From: the human T2T-CHM13v2.0 reference genome, Homo sapiens
DNA length: 64,000 nt
Assembly: GCF_009914755.1 (NCBI RefSeq)
Contig: NC_060943.1
Reading direction: 5' to 3' (one strand)
Numbering within the stretch: position 1 is the first letter of the stretch; every line of letters starts with the position of its first letter. The notes under the pieces were generated by a model. That model had not been told where the DNA came from, searched no databases, and saw only the letters and a list, made by a program, of their open reading frames with translations. The position numbers and the translations under genes are program-made. Below, piece after piece: positions 1 through 23,242 of this stretch.

Positions 1-1609
1 GCCCTAAACAAGGCCCTGGCAGTTCTAGTGGTCACTGGTAAATGCTATTCCTATATTTTTATTAGAGGAGAGGAATCATTATTACAACCAAAGAAACTCC
101 CAGCTGCATGAGCGGGACAGAGGGGACTCACCCTGGCTTGGGACGCCCATTCGCTAATGGGCGAGATACCCTGGATCCAGACCTGAGGGGCCCCGGCGGG
201 AACGCAAGGACTGTACAGTCTGAGCCCCCAGTTGGAGGAGCAAGAGGGAGACAGTATGATGTGGCGGATGAGATGGGGAACTTCAGGAAGATGCCCCAGG
301 GTTCCTGTCGCCGCGCAGCCACCTCCCAGCTTTGCAACCCCGGGCAGGTCGCCTCACTTCTCTGTGCCTTAATGTGAAGTGGGAAAAAACGGTCCAACCT
401 CCCCCAGGGGGCTGAGCAGAGAATCAACCAGGTCATATTTGCAAAGTCCCTGGAAGTGCCTAGCTCAGAGCAAGCCACCGCTATGCGGCCAATGCTGTTA
501 TCAGCAGTAACCTTGCAGGGCTGCTGGAGGGGTTCGGGGCATGGAGGAGGGGGCGGGGGGGCTGTCGCTTTTGGAGCATCTCCTGCCTGTCTGGCACTTT
601 TCTGAGCGCTGGGATCCAGCAGGAGAAACAATCTAGACAAAAGTCCCTGCCCCGGAGCGGCTGGCATCCTAGTGGCCAAGACGCAATAAAGAAATAGGCA
701 AAGCAATATAATCTAGAATATGTAAAAATATAAACTCTGTAAGATACAGATAAATATCTAAGTTTATTATTATTACTCAGACTTTATTATTGAGACATAG
801 AAGTGCTGTTATGTTATTATTACTTCTATTTTATGTGTTTGTTACAGCTTTGCGGTGATGAGGATAAGGCAGTGTGAGTGGTGTTTATCTGAAGTCTCAG
901 GGCACCCCAGGCTACCCCTGTCCCCACCCCTCCAGGAGAAGAGGGTGTCCTTAGGGTGGGGTTGGAGGGGCTCCAATTCCCCTCCTGCCCCGTCCCAGGG
1001 GAAGAGGGGGGAGAGAAAATAGCATTGATTAAGCTCGCAATAAATCACCATTTAAATTTAAATAATCCGGCTTCCCAGGCGGTAATTAGGCGAATTGACT
1101 GGCGCGGAGAGAATGCGGCATTAGCGCCGCTGATTACTGTCATTACCGCGAACAACATGTGCGCCGGCGGGGGATAAACATCTTGTCTATTGTCCCCGAG
1201 CTGAAGGGGGGGAAAGGGGGGGCTAAGAGAGCCCCGGCGGCGTCCAGCCCCCCATTACCTGGATGAGCATTCCGGGGCTCAGAGGCATCAGGGGCTGGCT
1301 GAGGTCACAGCACTGACGTGGCAGAGCATGGACTTAATCGATCCCACCTCGACCACGGTGCCAAGTGGAAGTAGGGTCAGGACAGTGTGGGGGGGCTTGG
1401 TACTGCGTGGACTCCTATAGTCCCAAAACTGGGAAATCGGGGGACAGAGGCATTTCTAGCTCTACAGGGTCCCTAACAAGAGGCGAAGCACCTGCTTCCA
1501 TAGTTCAGAGGAGGAGCTGAGGACAGCATTTTAGCTGAAGCCACAGAGCAGAGCACTGTCAGTCACACTCTCTGAAGGGGAGGGGACTCCCATGCCCTCC
1601 TCAGTAATA

Positions 1610-4440
<2,831 letters not shown>

Positions 4441-4789
4441 GAGAGAGAGAATGGTGGCATGACTCCCAGTATTAGGCACCTACTGTATGCACTAGCCCAT
4501 TCAACTCTATCACTGTAGACCCATTTTACAGATGAGGCTGAGGAAAGTAAAGGCAAAGGTGACCCGGCACTGCCCCACCCCATGGTGCTTGCCCCCATGC
4601 AGCCCTCAGGCCTGCGGCGCTTTGACGATGGGGCATGTGAGGGACCCCTCTCCCCGACTTCCCTGGGTGATGAAGCCCCAGCCTCTTCTCTCCAGGACCC
4701 AGGGTCAGCACATTCCTTCAGGGCAGTTGAGAAGGGCAGGTGACGGGGGAGATCTGGGAACTTGGAAGAGGCCTTGGCTTCTGCCTTCT

Positions 4790-5095
4790 GCCCCTGGATC
4801 CCCCTCTCTCTGCCCCAGGTCCCCCCCTCTCTGCCCCAGGTCCCCCCTCTCTCTGCCCCAGGTCCCCCCACACTCTGCACCCGGTTTCCCCCTCTCTCTG
4901 CCCCCTGGGTCCCCCTCTCTCTGCGCCTGGTCTCCCTTCTCTCTGCCCCTGGTCTCCCTTCTCTCTGCCCCTGGTCTCCCGTCTCTCTGCCCCTGGTCTC
5001 CTGTCTGTCTGCCCCTGGTCTCCCGTCTCTCTGCCCCTGGTCTCCCTTCTCTCTGCCCCTGGTCTCCCGTCTCTCTGCTCCTCGTGCTCCCTCTC
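4790..5095. repeat. 22-bp pyrimidine-rich minisatellite (CTCTCTGCCCCTGGTCTCCC(TT/GT)), roughly 13 copies
   Basis: Units counted by eye; produces 22-aa periodic ORFs on both strands. Confidence 0.9.
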
Positions 5096-6075
5096 TGCGC
5101 AAGAGATGAGGACACTGAGCAGGCTGTGATAAGAACCACAGCAAGTGTTTGTTAAATGGATGAGTGATGTTTGGGTTCTGGACATGGGAGGGCGGATGTG
5201 GAAGTGGTGAAAAGTCTCCTGCTGAATGTGGGGGACAGAGGAGTGGGGACATTTTGAGGGGAGAGGGAGAGGAGGAAACAGCGGGAGGCATCGGGGAGTT
5301 GGTGGGATCGGGAGGTGGAGGCTGGGGGTAAAAAGACACATCAGTCAGTGATCAGGAGACTCTGGGGGTCCCTTTCACAGGGGACCGGACCCGTGTATGG
5401 GGAAGAGCAGGTCCCCAAGCCCCCCCACCACCACACCCCCTAATCCCGACGTGCCCATTAATGTTGTTAATTGCAGCGGTTCAGTCTGACCCAGGCTGAT
5501 CCTGGGAGAGGGAAAATGAAGGAATTAGCAAAAATGACAGGGGAAAATTGCGACAATTAGCAGGCAGCATTGTTCCTGCCTGTCACCCGGCTGGTTCCGA
5601 GCTGTATCTTGAGGGAGGGGGTCCCCGTCAACCCCCCAGCCCCCCAGTAATTGTTCCTGGAGCTCCAGGCGGAGGTGGAGGCAGGGAGGAACAGCCAGGA
5701 GGGTGTGGGGTACTCCTGGGAGGAGGAAGCTCAGCCCAGACACTAGGGGGCTGGGGAGGCGGGGGCTGCGCGCCCATGGGGGAGGGGCGGGGTTTCGCCG
5801 CCTGGTGTTTTGATGGTCGGGTAATAACAATAGTAATCACACTATTAATACCAGTCCCGGCTCTGTGCTGCAGCATCTGCTTCTGCCAGGCCCCAGCCAG
5901 GCCCTTCTGTCTGTTAAGTGGACTGAATGCGTAACCAGCCTGGGGAGTCACCGCTCCTGGCAAACCCGCTTGACAGAGGAGGAAACTGAGGCACAGAGCG
6001 GCAGAGAGGCTGGTCCCAGGGCACACAGCCAGGGAGGGGAAGCGCTGGGGCCTGACAGGAGACCTGGCCCCTTAG

Positions 6076-9170
<3,095 letters not shown>

Positions 9171-9604
9171 TATTTATTTTTATGGGATCCCTAAGCAGAG
9201 ATGTTAGTTTCTTGCTTGCTGTTCAACTGCCCCTGGTCTGAGAGCCCAGCAGGAGGCAGGGGTTGCTGGGCTGTCCTGGTCACCGTTGCACTCCCAGCAA
9301 TGCCTAGTGCAGGACATAGGGAGGGTAGGTATTCAGGGAGCTTTTGTGAGTGAATGGGTGGATGAATGAATGAGTCCCTCTATGCACCCCCTGGCCCGTC
9401 TGTCTCTGTGAGTCAGTCTGTCACTCACTGTCCCACCCACCTGTGTGTCCCACGCCCCAGGTCTCTCCCCCATGGGTGCCCAGATACCCCAAGATGTCTA
9501 CAAGCCTTAGGGGAAGAGAGGGAGGTTTGTAGACTGGCTCCCGGGGGACCTGCCCTGGGCAGGGTCAGCCAGACTAACAGGCTTCATCCTTCCATCTGCC
9601 CCAG

Positions 9605-9678
9605 CCCCAGGCCGCCGCGGCCCCGCAGCGCTGGTCTCCGAAGTCTTCGAGCAGCACCTGGGAGGTCACATCTTGCAG
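9605..9678 (+). CDS. NPAS1: NPAS1 exon (APGRRGPAALVSEVFEQHLGGHILQ)
   Basis: ccag|CCCCAGGC...TTGCAG|gtgagt; 74 nt, phase 1 to 0. Confidence 0.93.
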
Positions 9679-9969
9679 GTGAGTGAGGCCCCTTCCCTGC
9701 CTGCCGCTCCTTGCTACCACCTAGCGGCCGCCTCTGGAGAACAGCAGCCTCTTCAGCATCCATCTATTGTGGGGGGTACCTGGACTGGGAAGGCGAATGC
9801 TCAAGATCCCTCCACTCCCTGCCCCTTCCGAGGACCACTGAAGCCCCCTCCCCACCAAAACAGTCCACCTCAGGTGGAGACCCAGGTTTCAGAACCTCTT
9901 ACCACTTGGCGGCTGGACAGAGGGACACCGGGTCCTCTCCTTCCCCCTCCCTGTCTCTCCCGGCTCTAG

Positions 9970-10443
<474 letters not shown>

Positions 10444-10471
10444 TAGTAAAGATGGGGTTTCACCATGTTAG

Positions 10472-10750
<279 letters not shown>

Positions 10751-11296
10751 TAGAGACAGGGTTTCTTCATGTTGGTCAGGCTTGTCTTGAACTCTCAATC
10801 TCAGGCAATCCGCCTGCCTCAGCCTCCCAAAGTGCTGGGATTACAGCGTGAGCCACCGCGCCCAGCCTGAGGGGGCTATTAAAGTAACAAGTAGATCTGA
10901 GGAAAGCAGGTTCACTGAAAGATCAGTTTGCCAATGACTGGCGGGCCAGATGCACCATATTTGCCAACACTTGTTTCTTCTTAACAATTTTAAAGGTTTA
11001 GAGGCCACCCACGCTGGCTCATGCCTGTAATCCCAACACTTTGGGAGGCTGAGCCAGGAGGATCACCTGAGGCCAGGAATTCAAAACCAGCCTGGGCAAC
11101 ATAGTGAGACACCCCACCACCCCCACCCCCACCATCTCTACAAAAAAACTTAAAAATTAGCCAGGCATGGTGGCACACTGTTGTCCCAGCTACTCAGGAG
11201 GTTGAGATGGGAGGATCGCTTGAGCCCATAGGGTCAAGGTGGCAGTGAGCCATGATGAAGCCACTGCACTCCAACATGGACAACAAAGTGAGGCTA

Positions 11297-11608
<312 letters not shown>

Positions 11609-12012
11609 TCAAAAAAAAAAAAAAAAAAAAGGGCAGGAAGACCTACTGAAAGCCCCATCCTTGGAGCCCTGGCATCTCACAGCACCTTAAGCTTTGCCAG
11701 TCCCTCCAATACAAATTGCTATCAACTTTGATCATTTTTACAAATATTTTTCACAAATAGGAAATTTAGGAAATTCAGTGCATTGGCAACTTGTGAGTAC
11801 CTTTTCAGTGAGATTCCTGGAGGAGGAAGACACCAAAAGGAGGGGAATTTGGACAAGAGGACGGGAGGGAGGAAGAGTGGAGGAAAAGCTTGGCCAGGTG
11901 TGGTGGCTCACGCCTGTAATCCCAGCACTTTGGGAGGCAAAAGCAGGCAGATCACCTGAGGTCAGGAGTTCGAGACCAACCTGGGCAACATGGCGAAACC
12001 CAGTCTCTACTA

Positions 12013-12171
<159 letters not shown>

Positions 12172-12317
12172 TCAAAAACAAAACAAAACAAAAAAAGTCC
12201 AGGCGCGGTGGCTCATGCCCGTAAACCCAGCACTTTGGGAGGCTGAGGCGGGCAGATCACCTGAGGTCGGGAGTTTGAGACCAGCCTGACCAACATGGAG
12301 AAACCCCGTCTGTACTA

Positions 12318-12569
<252 letters not shown>

Positions 12570-13272
12570 TTAATGAGGGGGCGGAGCCCAGAGGGATAAC
12601 GGACTGAGGGAAGCATGTGACCTCCAAGCTGAGGGGCAATGGGAGTCATGGCAGCCATGGTGGTCAGGTAAGTAACTTGCAGAGGCATCTTTGAACTGTA
12701 GGTCAGAAGACCAGTGAGGACGCGGGGGCAGAAACACAGTGGGGAGAAGATGGGGGCCTGCATTGAGGGAGGCAGGGAGAGAAGGGGACTGCTAGGAGAG
12801 AGATTTACGGGTAGAATTGAATGTAAAAGTGTCTGATTGAAAAGCTCTAACTCTTTAAGAGCTTAAAAACCACTCCCCTGTTTGTATCTTGAATCTCATT
12901 CCTGCTGGGACACCCAGTGATTCATGCCAGGGCACAGTTGTTTGCTGTATGGGGGTGGTAGTGAGTAAGCAGGAGTTGGGTAAACGGAGGTTCTGACACC
13001 TCCCACCCACGCCCCACTCCCACACACAGCCCCTTAATAGAGTGGGCGGGGAAAAATCCTTACTAATCACTGGGTATGAAGCGAGAAGAGTCTAAGTTTG
13101 TATCTTCCGTTTGAAAGGTAATTGTTTTTTGTTTTTTTCTTTTCTTAAAAAAACACACTGGCATGAAGCGCACCTGCGTGCAGGCAAATGAGGCAAGGCT
13201 GAGCCCAGAGGGCGAGCGAGTTACTGCGCGCGCACCTCACCCGCCCCCTGCATTCCCCTCCTTCGCCGGCAG

Positions 13273-13438
13273 GTGGAGATGACGGGCAGCAGCGTCTTCG
13301 ACTACATTCACCCTGGGGACCACTCAGAGGTGCTGGAGCAACTGGGGCTGCGGACGCCGACGCCCGGCCCCCCAACCCCGCCCTCCGTCTCCTCTTCCTC
13401 CTCCTCTTCCTCTTCGCTTGCAGATACCCCCGAGATCG
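13273..13438 (+). CDS. NPAS1: NPAS1 exon ([17 protein letters not shown]...poly-Ser...DTPEI)
   Basis: ggcag|GTGGAG...GAGATCG|gtaatt; 166 nt; ORF 13273..13458. Confidence 0.96.
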
Positions 13439-14045
13439 GTAATTCTAAGGGCTCCTAAAGAATGAAGTCTGAGGGTAGATCGGGGGACGCCCGCTGTACT
13501 GTATCCAGCCATGCCGCGTTTATACAAATAGCAGTGAAGTTAGAACTGTGTAGAACGAATCTTTGCAAAAGGAATCGGAGTATAAATTGAGGCGGTGAGA
13601 CTTGGTTCCTTAAGCTTGCCAAACTCCCAAAGATTCGAGCTACAGAAAGACCCCCCTGGCTGCTGAAAGGAGTTGGGAGAGGCTTAGGTAAATAACAAGG
13701 CAGGCTTATTGGGAATATACACCGGCTGTGTCTGTAAGTGCACAATCACATTACATAATTACGTTAGGGCCGGGCGCGGCGGCTCGCGCCTGTAACCCCG
13801 GCACTTCGGGAGGCCCAGGGGGGCGGATCACTTGAGCTCGGTTGGAGACCAGCCTGGGCAACATAGTGAAACCTCATCTCTACAAAAATTACAAAAAAGG
13901 CCAGGAGTGGTGGCACAAAGCTGTAGCCCCAGCACTTTGGGAGGCCGAGGCGGGTGGGTCACCTAAAGTCAGGAGTTTGAGACCAGCCTGGCTTGCATAG
14001 TGAAACCCCATCTCTACTAAAAATACAAAAAAAAAAAAAAAATTA

Positions 14046-14690
<645 letters not shown>

Positions 14691-15720
14691 CTAAGCGCAG
14701 GCCCACAATGCAAGAAGTGTTATCTCCATTTTACATCAGAAAACTGAGGCACGGCGCGGAGAGGTTAAGTTAATTGCCCCCAGGTCACACAGCTATAAGT
14801 GATTGAGTTGGATTCTAGCCCAGGTCTGTCTGTTCCGGGGTCAGCACGCCTAACCCTTCTCTCCAGTGGAAATTTCCACTCCCACTGTGTATGGGAGGGA
14901 GGGTGCTGCAGATTACCCTGCCGGCTCTTTTTAGCTCTGAGATGTTGGGGGCCTATGAGGCTAACTATCCTGTAAATAGGATTTTCCAATCTTGGGTTTG
15001 CTTAACACCAAAAACATCTGAGACATCAGCTGTGCTTGCAAGCGTGGGGCGAAGTCTGCAACACGTGCAGGCTGTTGGGGAGTGGGACTGTGTTTGTACC
15101 TGAGTTTTAGGCACAGGGTCATCTGTGTGTGAGCATATTTTTAAGACCGTTTTGTAGGGGTTACAGAAGGATCTGGATTTGTGAGTCTTATTTATTGCTA
15201 TTCCCCAATCCCCTGTTCTGGGCCAGCCCCTGTCCTGGTGACATAGGAGTGACCATGACAGCTCCAGCCCCACCCACCTGGGGCTCCCAGTCCAGTGAGG
15301 GGAGACCAACCTGTCCTCAGACAGTGGCAACCCAGATGGGGCAGGGCTGGGATAGGGGAACCCAGAGGGGATGGCTGACCCAGCCTGAGGGTCAGGGAGG
15401 GCTTCTTGGAGGAGGAGAAGTCTGTGCTGAGACCTGGAGGATGGGTCCTGAGAGGTGGGCTTTCCTCTCAAGGCCTCAGGAAGCTATGGCAGGTTCAGAG
15501 CAGGGGAGGGTGGAGGCACGTTTGAGCATTAGAAAGACGTAGATGGGGCCAGGCGCAGTGGCTCACGCCTGTAATCCCAGCACTTTGGGAGGCCGAGGCG
15601 GCCAGATCACGAGGTCAAGAGATTGAGACCATCCTGGCCAACATGGCGATACCCCGTCTCTACTAAAAATACAAAAACTAGCTGGGCATGATGGCGCGTG
15701 CCTGTAATTCCAGCTACTCA

Positions 15721-15933
<213 letters not shown>

Positions 15934-16346
15934 TCAAAACCAGCCTGGCCAACATGGCAAAACCCCGTCTCTACTAAAAATACAAAAATTAGTCGGGCAT
16001 GGTAGCATGTGCCTGTAATCCCAGCTACTTGGGAGGCTGAGGCAGAAGAATCACTTGAACCCAGGAGGCGGAGGTTGCAGTGAGCCAAGATTGCGCCATT
16101 CACTCCAGCCTGAACAACAGAGTGATATTCAGTCTCAAAAAAAAAAAGAAAGGATGCGGATGGCTGCCACATAGGGGAGCCCACATACTGTCCCCATGAG
16201 CTTTCAAAATCATCAGGCATGCCTCTGAGTGCGGCCGTGGCCCAGCGGACATCTTGTGTCTATGTCCGGCTGGCTCTGCAAGGGTCAGGGTGGCCTGTGT
16301 GTTTCCTCTTCAGGACCCCATAACCTTCCTTCACTCTCTGTCCCAG

Positions 16347-16462
16347 AGGCCAGCCTCACCAAGGTGCCCCCCTCCTCCCTGGTCCAGGAGCGCTCCTTCT
16401 TTGTCCGCATGAAATCCACGCTCACCAAGAGGGGGCTGCACGTCAAGGCCTCAGGGTACAAG
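16347..16462 (+). CDS. NPAS1: NPAS1 exon (EASLTK...[25 protein letters not shown])
   Basis: tcccag|AGGCC...TACAAG|gtgggt; 116 nt. Confidence 0.96.
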
Positions 16463-16717
16463 GTGGGTGTGAGCAGTTAGGCTCCTGTATTCCAGGCAGC
16501 CATGTCCCCAGATTGAGGGTGACCGAGGGAACCAGGCTGGTGGCTTCACTGGCTGCAGGTGGCTTAGGGAACTGGGTCTGGGAATGGGACTGGGGGGGTC
16601 ACACAGTGTCCAGTCCTCCAGCACCTGTGGGGGACAGAGGGAACCCAGCCCAGTGATGGTCCTCTTGCCCCCACTGGCCCGCCTTGTCCCTCCTCCAACC
16701 ATGCCCACCACCAGCAG

Positions 16718-16875
16718 GTCATCCACGTGACTGGGCGCCTTCGGGCCCACGCCCTGGGCCTTGTGGCCCTCGGGCACACGTTGCCCCCGGCCCCCCTGGC
16801 TGAGCTGCCACTCCATGGACACATGATCGTCTTCCGTCTCAGCCTGGGTCTCACCATCCTTGCTTGTGAGAGCAG
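16718..16875 (+). CDS. NPAS1: NPAS1 exon (VIHVTGRLR...GLTILACESR)
   Basis: cagcag|GTCATC...AGCAG|gtaccg; 158 nt. Confidence 0.95.
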
Positions 16876-17272
16876 GTACCGGGGTTGGGGGCTGTGGCGG
16901 GTGGATTGGGGGCACAATGGAGATCTGGGGGTACATGGGGAGTCAGAGGGAGTGCTGGGTCTGCAGGATAGGGCACTGGGGAGCCATGGGAGGCGGAACA
17001 GCAATGGATGGGACAGGGTGATGGGGAGAAGGGAGGGAAGGCAGGGGACCAGGGCGGAGGCCTAGCCCAGGGGTGCCTTCGGGGATGGAAGAGGGGCTGT
17101 GTCTTGGGTCCGGGCCCTCCTTCTGGGGCTGCAGATCTTGGCCCGTCTCTGGTCTTTCATTTCTCATTTCTCTGGTCTTTCATCTCTCATCCATTTCCTC
17201 TCCTGCATCCCGCAGTGGAGGCAAATTAAGTGCTGAAATAGTCCCATGCTCTGAGGTGTCCAGGGTGCCTAG

Positions 17273-17667
<395 letters not shown>

Positions 17668-17754
17668 TGAACCCCAGGGGACTCTGGAGCCAACTCTGCC
17701 TCTCCCCCAACCCCGTGGTCTTGGACTCCTCCCCTCTTCTCTGTCACCCCCCAG

Positions 17755-17861
17755 AGTCAGCGACCACATGGACCTGGGGCCCTCAGAGCTGGTGGGCCGC
17801 AGCTGCTACCAGTTTGTCCACGGACAAGACGCCACGAGGATCCGCCAGAGCCACGTGGACT
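17755..17861 (+). CDS. NPAS1: NPAS1 exon, PAS-B (VSDHMDLGPSELVGRSCYQFVHGQD...HVD)
   Basis: cccag|AGTCAG...GGACT|gtgaga; 107 nt. Confidence 0.95.
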
Positions 17862-18288
17862 GTGAGACCCACCTCCACCCACCAAGCCTGCCTACCACCC
17901 CCCAGACCCGAGCATCCCACTCCCTGGTCCCTGGAAGTCCTTCTTCAGGGCTGCCCACAGTCCCTCCTGCTGCACCTACAGCTCCAGGGACTCCGTTTAG
18001 CATTGGAAGAGCAGCAAGGAGACTGAGTGATGCCTCAGGATGTGTGTGTGTGGGGGGGGTCTGGGGGGCTGTGGGGTCTCCAAAACACCCAAGAGGCCTC
18101 GCTGCTGGGCTACCTCTCAGTCTCTCTGACTCTGCCTCTCTGTGCTTTCACCTTTTTCTCTTCTCCCCACCGTCTCCCTGCCCACTCCCCTGCTCTCACT
18201 CCTCCTGTCTCCTCCTGTCTACCTGGCTCTCTGTCTTGCCCCTGTCCCCACCCCACCCCCTTCCCATCTCTCCCTGGGCTGGGCCCAG

Positions 18289-18436
18289 TGCTGGACAAGG
18301 GTCAGGTGATGACTGGTTACTACCGTTGGCTGCAGCGTGCCGGGGGCTTCGTGTGGCTGCAGTCTGTGGCCACAGTGGCTGGGAGCGGGAAGAGCCCCGG
18401 GGAGCACCATGTGCTTTGGGTCAGCCACGTGCTCAG
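18289..18436 (+). CDS. NPAS1: NPAS1 exon, PAC region (LLDKGQVMTGYYRWLQRAGGFVWLQS...HVLS)
   Basis: cccag|TGCTG...CTCAG|gtgagg; 148 nt. Confidence 0.96.
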
Positions 18437-19139
18437 GTGAGGGCTGTGCCCACCCCTCCTGCAGGGCACTCAGGGCCCTGCTGTCTCTCCCCACCTCCAG
18501 TGGGGGTGCTTTGGGGAGGGCTTCTAGAATGGGACAAGCCCAGGGGGTCTGCAGACACGAAGGGGAAGGAGGGGAGGATGGTGAGAGCAGAGGCCCAGAG
18601 TGGAACGGTCTTGCTGGCAGGAGACAGAGAGGAGTCGCCAGGGGGAGGGGGACAGTATCTTTGAGGAAGGCAGGGGCAGGCTCACAGCCTCCTCAGGCTC
18701 AGGTGGAGGGTCTGGACTCTTGACTCTGGGGCACTGGCGAGCCACGGCAGGCTCTTACCAGGGGAGGCCCACAGAGCACAGCAACTAATGGAAAGAAGCA
18801 GGGAGGGGTGTTCCAAGCAGAGGAAGGGCTCCAAGCAACAGCCTGACCCTAAAGGTAATGCCTTGGGCTGGAGTAGAAAGCAGTGAGAAACCAGCCTGAA
18901 GATGACGGCCTGGCCTTTTGGCTCAGGGGCACTGGGGAGTCATAGAAAGCTTTAGAGCTGGAGAGGATCATAGTCAGATCTGCTTTTTAGAAAGACTGCT
19001 CTAGACCGGACATGGTGGCTCATGCCTGTAATCCCAACAATTTGGGAGGCCAAGGCAGGTGGTTTGCCTGAGCCCAGGAGTTGAAGACCAGCCTGGGCAA
19101 CCAAGTGAGGTCCCATCTCTATTAAAAAAAAAATTTTTA

Positions 19140-19726
<587 letters not shown>

Positions 19727-20108
19727 CTATGGGGGAGGAGGGGAGGAGACCATCTTCTGTCCAGGTCTCTGGCTTTGCTGAGCCCGGATTTGGGCTCCTG
19801 AGAGGAACAGCAGGTTTGAAAGGAAGATGTAGACATCAGATGGGCATGAGGTGCCAGAGGACACCCAGGTGGTGACATCCAGGTGGCCACCGGCTATCCA
19901 GGTCTGGCCTTAGGAGCGAGGGCCACGCTGGGCTAGAAGTCAACCCGGAGTTTAGGGATCTGGTGTTGAGCCTTGTAAGTGCCTCAGGGTGGGGACTCCA
20001 CATTTCCCCGTGGGAGTGTCCACACATTGCCACAAGTTGGGTAAAGCAGGAGGGAGTCCTGAGAGGCCAAGGACCCCTGGCTCCTAACCGCATCCATCTT
20101 CTCCCCAG

Positions 20109-20203
20109 CCAAGCCGAGGGTGGCCAAACTCCTTTGGATGCCTTCCAGCTTCCAGCCAGCGTGGCCTGTGAGGAGGCATCCAGCCCGGGGCCAGAGCCCA
20201 CAG
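20109..20203 (+). CDS. NPAS1: NPAS1 exon (QAEGGQTPLDAFQLP...PEPT)
   Basis: ccccag|CCAAG...CACAG|gtgagc; 95 nt. Confidence 0.94.
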
Positions 20204-20577
20204 GTGAGCCCCACCTCCCACCTTGGCCCCTGGGAAGCTCCAAGGAACCTTTGGGTCCTGGCTGTCCATTCCAGAAGCCACTAGCCACATGCAGCCATTT
20301 ATATACAATTAAAATTAAAATCCAGGCCGGTGCGGTGGCTCACGCCTGTAATCCCAGCACTTTGGGAGGCCGAGGCAGGTGGATCACGAGGTCAAGAGAT
20401 CAAGACCAACATGGTGAAACCTTGTCTCTACTAAAAATACAAAAATTAGCTGGGCGTGGTGGCATGCGCCTGTAATCCCAGCTACTTGAAAGGCTGAGGC
20501 AGGAGAATCGCTTGAACCCGGGAGGCGGAGATTGCACCACTGCACTCCAGCCTAGCGACAGAGCGAGACTCTGTCTC

Positions 20578-20609
<32 letters not shown>

Positions 20610-20679
20610 AAATCCAGGCCAGGAGTGGTGACTCAAGCCTGTAATCCCAGTACTTTGGGAGGCCGAGGCAGGCAGATCA

Positions 20680-20984
<305 letters not shown>

Positions 20985-21221
20985 CTACCCAGGAGTCAGA
21001 GGTTGCAGTGAGCTGAGATCTCACCGCTGCACTCCAGCCTGGGTGACAGAGTGAGACTCCATCTCAAAAAAATAAAATAAAATAAAATCCAGGCCCGGTG
21101 TGGTGGCTTATGCCTGTAAACCCAGAACTTTGGGAGGCTGAGGTAAGAGAATTGCTTTAGCCTAAGAGTTCAAGACAAGCCTGGGCAACATAGTGAGACC
21201 CCATCTCAACAAAAAATTTTA

Positions 21222-22960
<1,739 letters not shown>

Positions 22961-23045
22961 GGACTGGCAGAGCTGCCGGCGCCGGACCCTGCGACAACCG
23001 GGGTCCCCCAGGACAGTAGGCCCGGCTCTGCCCGTAGCCCTGAGA

Positions 23046-23051
23046 ATTAAA
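23046..23051 (+). terminator. NPAS1: NPAS1 polyadenylation signal ATTAAA
   Basis: ATTAAA 85 nt after the stop, followed by GT-rich GTGGTTTGGG. Confidence 0.75.
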
Positions 23052-23236
23052 CGCCGGCTCTCCCTGCAGTGGTTTGGGCTCCGGGCTGTGAGCTCCTCTG
23101 TCCATTTCTGTCTCCCCCGGGTCCTCACCCCCCTCTCCCTCCACCCGCCCTCCTGCCTCTCCAGTTAGTCCGCTCCTCGCCGCCCTTCCCAAGGAACACG
23201 AACCAATACTCTGCATCTGGAGGAGGGGAGGTCAGG

Positions 23237-23242
23237 TTTAAT
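23237..23242 (-). terminator. TMEM160: TMEM160 polyadenylation signal ATTAAA
   Basis: + strand tttaat, ~55 nt past the TMEM160 stop. Confidence 0.75.

Noticed and set aside
144-163. 8-bp perfect hairpin CGCCCATT-cgct-AATGGGCG
   Set aside because: Short enough to occur by chance in 64 kb
128-706. 192-aa antisense ORF ending near a GTGAGT donor-like site
   Set aside because: No recognisable domain, uncertain start and no supporting exon chain
17768-18664. 298-aa ORF beginning in an NPAS1 exon
   Set aside because: Read-through into the intron that enters the next exon out of frame; not a separate gene
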